From: Kineococcus radiotolerans SRS30216 = ATCC BAA-149
GTDB lineage: Bacteria; Actinomycetota; Actinomycetes; Actinomycetales; Kineococcaceae
Assembly: GCF_000017305.1 (NCBI RefSeq)
Contig: NC_009664.2
Span: 3,000,001-3,032,000, forward strand
Direction: 5' to 3'
DNA length: 32,000 bases
Part shown: positions 25,772-32,000 of the stretch, piece by piece
Numbering within the stretch: the stretch's first letter is position 1
Layout of the letters: each line of letters starts with the position of its first letter
Made by a program: the position numbers and the translations under genes
The notes under the pieces: generated by a model
The model's database searches: none
Told to the model about the DNA's origin: nothing
What the model saw: only the letters and a program-made list of their open reading frames with translations

Positions 25772-27049
25772 TCACCGCGAACGGACGACCCCCAGCGGGG
25801 CGCCGGAGAAACCGGGGAAGATCGCCGACAGCGACCCCGCCCCGCACCGCTTCTGCAGCACCTCGCCGATGACCGAGCGGTAGTCCGTCGTGCCGGCGAG
25901 GTCGCCGTCGACGAGTCGGTCCGCGCCCAGACCGGGCCACACCCCGTGCACGCGGCCCCCCACGACCCCGCCGCCCAGCAGCAGGACGGCGTTGCCGTGC
26001 CCGTGGTCCAGCCCGCCGGAGGCGTTCTCCCCGACCCGGCGGCCGAACTCCGAGAGGGTCACCAGGGTCGTGGAGGCGAAGGACCCGCCGAGGTCGGTGG
26101 CGAAGGCGGCCAGCGCCGAGGACAGCTCGGTCAGCTTGTCGCGCATCCAGCCGCCGTCGACCCGGCCCAGCCCCGCGTGCATGTCCCAGTCGCCGTAGTC
26201 CAGGGCGATGACCTGCACCGGGGCGCCGGACTTCTTCAGGACCGCGGCCTCGGCCAGGGCCCGGCCGAGGTCGGAGTCGGGGTAGACCGCCCCGTTCGCC
26301 GGGCCCGAGGCGGTGCCCCGCAGCCCCGCCACGTCCTCCATCGCCGTCAGCAGCGTCGAGGCGGGCTGGGCGACCTCGGGACGGGCGCCGGTGTGCATGC
26401 GGCGCAGCGCGGCGTGCCAGGTGGGGCGGTCGTCCCCGGGGCCGATGAGGCTGAAACCGTCCAGCGACGTCATCGTCGTCTCCTGGGCGGGACCGGCGAA
26501 CGCGCGCGCCGGGGTGTTCGAGATGCCCACGGCGTTGAGCACCGAACCGGTGCCCAGCGACCCCAGGGTCCGGTCGATCCAGCCCGTGCGCACCGACGAA
26601 CCCGGCGCGGCGAGTTCCATCCGCTCCATCGCCGCGAAGTGCGAGCGGGTCGGCTCGGCCTGCCCGACGGCGTGCACGACCCCGAAGGTCCCGTTGCGCC
26701 ACAGCGGCATCAGCGGGGCCATCGCCGGGTGCAGGCCGAACGTCTGGTCCAGGCCGAGCAGGGTCGAGCGCGGGACGGCGATGTTCGGCCGCGCCGCGTA
26801 GTACCCGGCGTCCCCGCCGGGGACCACCGCGGACAGCCCGTCGAAACCGCCGTGCAGGCTCAGCACCACCAGGGTCTCGCCGTTCCAGCCCGTCCCCGCG
26901 AACGAGACCTGCGTCGAGACGTCGCCCACGGCGTAGGTGGTGACGCCGGCGGCGGCCGCGGCCAGCGCCGCGCGCAGCACGCTGCGGCGCGAGACCAGCT
27001 TCGAGCCTTCGTCGCAGCCGCAGCGGGCGTCGTCCTTGAACTTCGACAC
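25772..27049 (-). CDS. DUF1501-family protein (sulfatase/phosphatase-like fold), Tat signal (425 aa)
   Basis: VSKFKDDARCGCDEGSKLVSRRSVLRAALAAAAAG is the Cys-containing N-terminus plus twin-arginine motif typical of DUF1501. LSLHGGFDGLS, DWDMH, SEFGRRVGENASGGLDHGHGN and the C-terminal FPG are also present. GGAGGA lies 8 nt before the GTG at 27049, directly after the upstream stop. Confidence 0.85.
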   Translation of the reverse strand: MSKFKDDARCGCDEGSKLVSRRSVLRAALAAAAAGVTTYAVGDVSTQVSFAGTGWNGETLVVLSLHGGFDGLSAVVPGGDAGYYAARPNIAVPRSTLLGLDQTFGLHPAMAPLMPLWRNGTFGVVHAVGQAEPTRSHFAAMERMELAAPGSSVRTGWIDRTLGSLGTGSVLNAVGISNTPARAFAGPAQETTMTSLDGFSLIGPGDDRPTWHAALRRMHTGARPEVAQPASTLLTAMEDVAGLRGTASGPANGAVYPDSDLGRALAEAAVLKKSGAPVQVIALDYGDWDMHAGLGRVDGGWMRDKLTELSSALAAFATDLGGSFASTTLVTLSEFGRRVGENASGGLDHGHGNAVLLLGGGVVGGRVHGVWPGLGADRLVDGDLAGTTDYRSVIGEVLQKRCGAGSLSAIFPGFSGAPLGVVRSR

Positions 27050-27063
27050 GAGAGCAGTCCTCC

Positions 27064-28536
27064 TCAGCGGATCGTGAAGGTCGGGCCGTCGAGCGTGAGC
27101 GCGACGAGGTAGCGGAGGTTGTTCTGGATCCAGCGGTCGTTCACCGAGCACGGGGCCCCGGCCTGCCGGCCGGCGTACATCAGCAGCGCCGCCTTCTCGT
27201 CCGCGGTCAGCGGGCTGCCCGTCAGCCGCACCCCCAGGGCGTCCACCAGCGCGCCCCAGGTGCCGGGGAAGGGGGAGAGCAGGTCCGTGGGCCTCGCGAA
27301 CCGCAGTTCCGTCGGGTACCAGCCCGCGGCGAAGTCCATGTGCCGGTTCCAGCGCGAGAGCGTCCCGCTGGGGGAGACCCAGGCCGTGGCCACGTCGGGG
27401 TAGCCGTTGGGGGCCCCCCAGGCCATCGGGGCGTGGCCCTGGTCCAGGACGTGCCAGAACAGCTTGGTGATCCCCGCGGTCCCGCTGGGCTCCATCCCGG
27501 TGCCCAGGGTCCGCAGGGTGGCGACGTAGTCCTCCTGCGGGGTGCGCACCTTCTGCCCCGCCGAGGCCCAGAACTCGCCGGAGTCGAAGAGGGTGCGCAG
27601 CACCGGGACGACCTGCCCGCCGGTGCTGGTCCAGGTGCGCGCCATCCGGTCCACCAGCGCGGCGGGGGGAGCGTCGGAGACGAAGCGGGTGGCCAGCTTG
27701 TGGCTGATCCGGCGGGCCGTGGCCGGGTGGACGGCCAGCCAGCGCAGGTAGGCGTCGATCCAGCCGTTCCCCTCCGCCGGGCGGTGCGGGGGGACGACGA
27801 AGCCGAAGACGGAGCGGCCCCCGCCGTCGTGGCGGCCCGCGTCGAAGACCGACGCGCCGTCGCGGGCGATGGTCAGCCCCGTCAGCAGGCGCGCGGAGTT
27901 CTTGACGTCCTCCTCGGAGTAGCCCGCCTCGACGCCGACGGTGTGCAGCTCCAGCAGCTCCCGCCCGTAGTTCTCGTTGGGGTGGGCCGCGGTGGAGCTG
28001 GTGTTGTCCAGGTAGGTGAGCATCGCCTGGTGGCGGGCGGAGGCGACGAGCATGTCGGCGAAGCTGCCGAAGGCGTGGCGGCGGATCACCGTGCGGTCGT
28101 AGTCCTGCCGGCTCCACCAGACCTCGGAGCTGGGGTTGGTCACGTGCAGGACGTTGTTGAAGACGTCGACGACGACCTCGAACAGCTGCCGGTTGCTCCA
28201 GATCTGGCGGGCCAGGGTCAGCCGCCCCGTCTCCAGCATCGCGTTCCACCCGGTGGGCTCGTAGCCCCCGCCCCACAGGTCCTGGGGGGTGCGGCCGTAG
28301 AAGGCCATCCGGCCGGCGAAGGCGTCGACCGCGCCGTCCTCGACGCGGGCGGGGTCGAGCTGGCGGTCCAGCCAGGCCGCGGTACCGAGCTGGGCGACCT
28401 CGGCCAGCGCGGCCGGGGTCGGGCCCCACGTCGCCCGGCGCAGCAGGTGCAGGCGGTCGGCGGCGGTCTCGTGCGCGTACGGGGCCGTCGCGGCGCGTCG
28501 GCCGCCCCGGGTCACGGTGGCGTCGGAGGAAGGCAC
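27064..28536 (-). CDS. DUF1800-family protein (490 aa)
   Basis: LHLLRRATWGPTP, LFEVVVDVFNNVLHV, NENYGRELLELHTVGV..GYSEEDV, FWHVLDQGHAPMAWGAPNGYPD are the conserved DUF1800 blocks. It is always partnered with DUF1501. GTG start at 28536; the alternative GTG at 28515 cannot be excluded. Confidence 0.85.
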   Translation of the reverse strand: MPSSDATVTRGGRRAATAPYAHETAADRLHLLRRATWGPTPAALAEVAQLGTAAWLDRQLDPARVEDGAVDAFAGRMAFYGRTPQDLWGGGYEPTGWNAMLETGRLTLARQIWSNRQLFEVVVDVFNNVLHVTNPSSEVWWSRQDYDRTVIRRHAFGSFADMLVASARHQAMLTYLDNTSSTAAHPNENYGRELLELHTVGVEAGYSEEDVKNSARLLTGLTIARDGASVFDAGRHDGGGRSVFGFVVPPHRPAEGNGWIDAYLRWLAVHPATARRISHKLATRFVSDAPPAALVDRMARTWTSTGGQVVPVLRTLFDSGEFWASAGQKVRTPQEDYVATLRTLGTGMEPSGTAGITKLFWHVLDQGHAPMAWGAPNGYPDVATAWVSPSGTLSRWNRHMDFAAGWYPTELRFARPTDLLSPFPGTWGALVDALGVRLTGSPLTADEKAALLMYAGRQAGAPCSVNDRWIQNNLRYLVALTLDGPTFTIR

Positions 28537-28602
28537 GCGACCTGTTCGGCAGGGGATCTCCAGAGCTTGAGCCGACCGGGTGGGAGGTGCTCAGGACGGG
28601 GA

Positions 28603-28628
28603 CCTGCGGGCCCGCACGGGCCCGCGGG
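28603..28628 (-). terminator. GC hairpin immediately after the GT-C gene stop
   Basis: gcgggccc-gcac-gggcccgc is an 8-bp perfect stem, extendable to about 11 bp. It starts 3 nt beyond the stop at 28631 and is followed by about 65 nt before the DUF1800 start. Confidence 0.45.
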
Positions 28629-28630
28629 GC

Positions 28631-30202
28631 TCAGCCGGCGGCCGGCTCCGTCCGGACGTAGAGCCGCACGCTGAACGCCCGCTTCTCCTCCGTGGACACC
28701 AGCCGGTACCCCTCGGACAGCAGCCGGACGGCCTCGCGGTCCTCGGGGGTCCTCACCACGACCGGGCCGACCCCGCCGATCACCCAGATCCGCTGCACCC
28801 CGGCCAGCGCGGCCCCCAGGTCCCGGGCCGGCACGGTGGTGCCCACCAGCGTCGCCGAGGGGGCGGCGGGCTCGGCCAGCGCGAGGTCGTCCAGCCCGGC
28901 GAAGGCCTCCGGGTACACCTGGGTGAGGACCCGGTAGCGGTACTCCCCGTCGGGGACGAAGAGGAGCCCGTCCCCGGGCCGGGCGTGGGCCGCGACGTGC
29001 TCCGCGGTGCCCCGCAGGTCCTCGCCGTGCCCGATCGAGGGGGAGCGGAAGACGAGCTGCAGGTGCAGCCCCGCCAGCGCCACCGCCAGCACCAGCCCCG
29101 CGCCGAGGACGCCCGCCCGGCGCGCCCGCACCGCCACCGTCACCGCGGCGGCCAGCAGCAGGCACGTCCCCGGCGCGACGAAGACCAGGTAGCGCGTCGT
29201 CCACAGCGGGTGGACCTGCGAGAGGCCCCACAGCAGCGGCCACGGCAGCACCCCCCACAGGACGCCCAGCAGGACCAGCCGGCGCGCCCGCGCCGCCACC
29301 AGCGCCACCAGCGCCGCGAGGCCCGCCACCGCGAGCGCGGCGGGGGAGGACCCCAGCGCGAAGTCCACGTGCGCGAGGAGCTCACCCGGCGCGGGCCGCT
29401 GCAGGAAGGCGACCTGCCCGCTCTGCCGGCCCTGGGCCACGACCAGCGGCAGGGCCAGCACGACCCCCGTCCCCGCCGCGAGCGCGGCCCGCCACCGCAC
29501 CCGCGGCCCGGCCGCCAGGGCCCACCCGGCGTGCGCCAGCAGCACCAGCGCCGCGACGGTGTTCAGCGACACCAGCACCGGCAGGCTCAGCGCGTAGCCC
29601 ACCCACCAGCCCGCCCGGCGCCCGGAACCCGCCCGCAGCAGCAGGTAGGTGCTCAGGGTCGCCACGAGGGTCACCAGGGCGTAGGGCCTGGCCTCCTGCG
29701 CGTAGCGGCTGACGAAGGGCGTGGCGACGAACAGGGCCGCCGCGGTCGCCCCGGTGAGCCGGGACACCGCCGGCCCCACCGCGACCGCCGCCGCGCGCCG
29801 CCCCACGCCGTGCAGCGCCGCGGCCGTCAGCGCCGCCGCGACCACCGAGATCCAGCGCACCTGCACCACGTCGACGGAGGGGCCGAACAGCGCGTGGGCG
29901 AGGAAGTAGAACGGCGCGTGCACGAGGTCGACGTGCTGGACGAGCGCCCGGATCTGCTCGGGGGTGCGGGCGGCGACGGCGACCGAGACGGCCTCGTCGC
30001 GCCACGGGCTCGGCGTCCCGACCCGCCAGGAGAACACGAGCCCGCCCAGGAGCGTGGCGACCAGCCCGATGACGACGTCGGCGCGGGTCCCCGCCCCGGA
30101 CCGCAGCAGCGTCGGCGCGGGAGCGGCGCCGCGCGCGGCGGGGACCGCGCCGGCGGGGGGCCCGGGGTCCGCGCGGGTGCTCGACAGGTCGACCTCGCTC
30201 AA
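28631..30202 (-). CDS. PMT_2/ArnT-like GT-C membrane glycosyltransferase with a C-terminal soluble domain (523 aa)
   Basis: The first loop reads SPWRDEAVSVAVAAR, a DE motif of GT39/GT83-like enzymes. About 10 TM segments are followed by a roughly 150-aa soluble tail (GEDLRGTAEHVAAHARPGDGLLFVP...RIWVIGG). The TTG start at 30202 lies 8 nt after the dprE2 stop and is uncertain. Confidence 0.72.
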   Translation of the reverse strand: MSEVDLSSTRADPGPPAGAVPAARGAAPAPTLLRSGAGTRADVVIGLVATLLGGLVFSWRVGTPSPWRDEAVSVAVAARTPEQIRALVQHVDLVHAPFYFLAHALFGPSVDVVQVRWISVVAAALTAAALHGVGRRAAAVAVGPAVSRLTGATAAALFVATPFVSRYAQEARPYALVTLVATLSTYLLLRAGSGRRAGWWVGYALSLPVLVSLNTVAALVLLAHAGWALAAGPRVRWRAALAAGTGVVLALPLVVAQGRQSGQVAFLQRPAPGELLAHVDFALGSSPAALAVAGLAALVALVAARARRLVLLGVLWGVLPWPLLWGLSQVHPLWTTRYLVFVAPGTCLLLAAAVTVAVRARRAGVLGAGLVLAVALAGLHLQLVFRSPSIGHGEDLRGTAEHVAAHARPGDGLLFVPDGEYRYRVLTQVYPEAFAGLDDLALAEPAAPSATLVGTTVPARDLGAALAGVQRIWVIGGVGPVVVRTPEDREAVRLLSEGYRLVSTEEKRAFSVRLYVRTEPAAG

Positions 30203-30209
30203 GGGTCCG

Positions 30210-30971
30210 TCAGAGGGGGAGCTTGCGGAACACGGGCGCGGGCACGTGGCGCAGCGCCGACATGACCCAGCGCATCGGCTCGGGCGCCCAGACGGTCTCC
30301 TTGCCGCTGCGCACCGCGTCCACGGCCACCTCCGCCACCTGCTCCGCCGACACCGACAGGGGGGCCGCCTTGAGCCCCTCGGTCATCTTGGTGGTGACGA
30401 AGCCGGGACGCACGACGACCACGCGCACCCCGCCCGGGCGCAGGGCCTCGCGCAGGCCGGTGAAGAAGGCGTCGAAGCCGGCCTTGGAGGAGCCGTAGAC
30501 GAAGTTGGAGCGCCGGGCCCGCTCGCCGGCGACGCTGGACAGCGCCACCAGGACCCCGTGGCCCTGCTGCTGCAGCCGCGCGGCCAGGTGCACCCCGAGG
30601 TTCACCGGGGCGGTGTAGTTGACCGTCGCGACCCGCACGGCCTCGGAGGCGTCCTGCCAGGACACCTCGTTGTCCCCGAGGACGCCGAAGGCCAGCACCG
30701 TGACGTCCACGTCGCCGAAGGGCCCCTCGAAGCACTCCTGCACGACGCGGGCGTGCCCCTCGAGGTCGGTGGCCTCGAAGTCCACCGCGCGCACCTCGTG
30801 CCCGCGCCGGTGCAGCCGGTCCACCGCGGCCTCCCGGCGCGCGCCGGGGCGGGCCGCCAGGGTCACCCGCAGCGGGCGCTCGGGGCTGAGGCGCTCGACG
30901 ATGGCGAGGCCGATGTCGGAGGTGCCCCCGAGGAGGAGGACGGAGCGCGGGTTCCCGAGGGCGTCGATCAC
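30210..30971 (-). CDS. dprE2: Decaprenylphosphoryl-2-keto-beta-D-erythro-pentose reductase (SDR), DprE2/Rv3791-like (253 aa)
   Basis: VIDALGNPRSVLLLGGTSDIGLAI, VDVTVLAFGVLGD, NYTAPV, SSVAGERARRSNFVYGSSKAG, VRVVVVRPGFV and VWAPEPMRWVMSALRHVPAPVFRKLPL are collinear with M. tuberculosis DprE2 (254 aa). The GTG at 30971 was chosen on that alignment. The ORF-track start at 30989 (TTG) adds 6 aa. Confidence 0.9.
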   Translation of the reverse strand: MIDALGNPRSVLLLGGTSDIGLAIVERLSPERPLRVTLAARPGARREAAVDRLHRRGHEVRAVDFEATDLEGHARVVQECFEGPFGDVDVTVLAFGVLGDNEVSWQDASEAVRVATVNYTAPVNLGVHLAARLQQQGHGVLVALSSVAGERARRSNFVYGSSKAGFDAFFTGLREALRPGGVRVVVVRPGFVTTKMTEGLKAAPLSVSAEQVAEVAVDAVRSGKETVWAPEPMRWVMSALRHVPAPVFRKLPL

Positions 30972-31126
30972 AGGGCTCGACACTAGCAACGGCGGCCGCG
31001 GGCCCCGGACGCGACGACGCGCGCCCCGGGATCGTCACCCGACGGTGACCTGGTCCGCGGGGGACCCCCGCGCCCGTCGTAGCCTCCGGGGGTGATCCCC
31101 CCGCGCCGGCCCCCGCACCGCGCCCG

Positions 31127-32000
31127 GTGAGCGGTGTCCTGACCGGGTTCACCGTCGTCGCCTGCCTCGTCCTCGTCGGCTACGTCGTGGGCCGCACCGG
31201 GGTCCTCGGGCCCTCGGGGCAGGTGGTCCTGTCGCGGCTGGTGTTCTTCGTGGGGTCCCCGGCGCTGCTGGTGCAGACCCTGGCCGGCGCCGACGTCCAC
31301 GTGCTGCTCTCCGCGCAGCTGCTCGTCACCGGCGGCGGCGTCGCCGCCTGCGTCCTGGTGTGGGCGCTGCTGGCCCGCTACCGCTGGCGGATGCCGCGCG
31401 AGGACCTCGTCATCGGCGCGCTGGCCAGCTCCTTCGTCAACGCCGCCAACATCGGCCTGCCCGTCGCGGCCTACGTCCTGCAGGACCTCACGGCCGTGCT
31501 GCCGGCGATGCTCCTGCAGATGGTCGTGCTCAGCCCCGTCGCGCTGGGGATCCTCGACGTGGGCCGCCACCGCGGCGACGGCAGCCGCCGGGCCGCGGCG
31601 AAGCGGCTGCTGACCCCGCTGGTCAACCCCGTCCTGCTCGCCAGCGCCGTCGGGGTCCTGCTCTCCGCCACCGGCTGGGACCTGCCCGCGGCGCTGGCGC
31701 AGCCGCTGGACCTGCTGGCCGGCTTCGCCATCCCCGGGGCGCTGGTGGCGTTCGGGATGTCCCTGCACGGGCGCGGCCTCGCCGGCTGGCGCGACCCGCG
31801 GGTCCTCACGGCCAGCGCGCTGAAGTCCGTCGTGCAGCCCTGCGTCAGCTACCTCGTGGCCCGCCTGCTCGGCCTGGACGACGCCGCGGTCTTCGCCGCC
31901 ACCGTGGTCGCCGCGCTGCCCACCGCGCAGAACGTCTTCACCTACGCCGTCCGCTACGGCGTCGGGCGCGACCTGGCCCGCGACACCGTGCTGGTGACGA
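31127..32000 (+). CDS. AEC-family (auxin efflux carrier-like) membrane transporter, 3' end outside window
   Basis: My own translation from the GTG at 31127: VSGVLTGFTVVACLVLVGYVVGRTGVLGPSGQVVLSRLVFFVGSPALLV...SSFVNAANIGLPVAAYVL...LLTPLVNPVLLASAVGVLLS...AIPGALVAFGMSL...AALPTAQNVFTYAVRYG. It is open to the window end and is missing from the ORF track because no stop is reached. Confidence 0.8.
   Translation, partial: MSGVLTGFTVVACLVLVGYVVGRTGVLGPSGQVVLSRLVFFVGSPALLVQTLAGADVHVLLSAQLLVTGGGVAACVLVWALLARYRWRMPREDLVIGALASSFVNAANIGLPVAAYVLQDLTAVLPAMLLQMVVLSPVALGILDVGRHRGDGSRRAAAKRLLTPLVNPVLLASAVGVLLSATGWDLPAALAQPLDLLAGFAIPGALVAFGMSLHGRGLAGWRDPRVLTASALKSVVQPCVSYLVARLLGLDDAAVFAATVVAALPTAQNVFTYAVRYGVGRDLARDTVLVT

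Noticed and set aside
31034-31049. Inverted repeat gtcacc-cgac-ggtgac in the dprE2 / AEC-transporter divergent region.
   Set aside because: With only 6-bp arms in GC-rich DNA, chance occurrence is likely. No cognate regulator gene lies nearby.

Overview
Very GC-rich (by eye roughly 70-75% G+C) actinobacterial chromosomal DNA. I count 23 protein-coding genes, two of them cut by the window edges. I found no rRNA, tRNA, transposase, integrase or CRISPR array.

Layout:
(1) 2-325: tail of an ABC exporter ATPase.
(2) 333-4226: gluconate module, gntP-gntK on the minus strand divergent from a GntR/FadR-type regulator.
(3) 4285-20127: one + strand, 12-gene, almost entirely start/stop-overlapping operon for a cell-wall glycan. 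It encodes GT4, a 680-aa polytopic protein, a GlfT1-like/GT2 fusion, an O-acyltransferase, Glf, GlfT2, Wzm, Wzt, a GT-C-like membrane protein, a PAP2 phosphatase, the UbiA-type decaprenyl-phosphate phosphoribosyltransferase, GtrA and a GT87/DUF2029 protein. This looks like the dispersed mycobacterial arabinogalactan genes collapsed into one unit, with non-Emb, non-Aft membrane transferases.
(4) 20189-25398: convergent minus-strand operon of three secreted peptidoglycan hydrolases (Amidase_2, LAS/M15-like peptidase, SpoIID/LytB). Each ends in 4-5 LGFP repeats, 14 in total. It is preceded by the only AT-richer, repeat-laden leader in the window.
(5) 25772-28536: a DUF1800/DUF1501 pair.
(6) 28631-30971: dprE2 coupled to a PMT_2/ArnT-like GT-C, with no dprE1 nearby.
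(7) 31127 to the window end: an AEC-family transporter not listed in the ORF track.

Most long ORF-track entries are off-frame or antisense artefacts of the GC content, or 5' read-through extensions. Gene starts were trimmed to the coupled GTG/ATG codons read from the sequence. All family assignments come from motif recognition by eye, not from searches.
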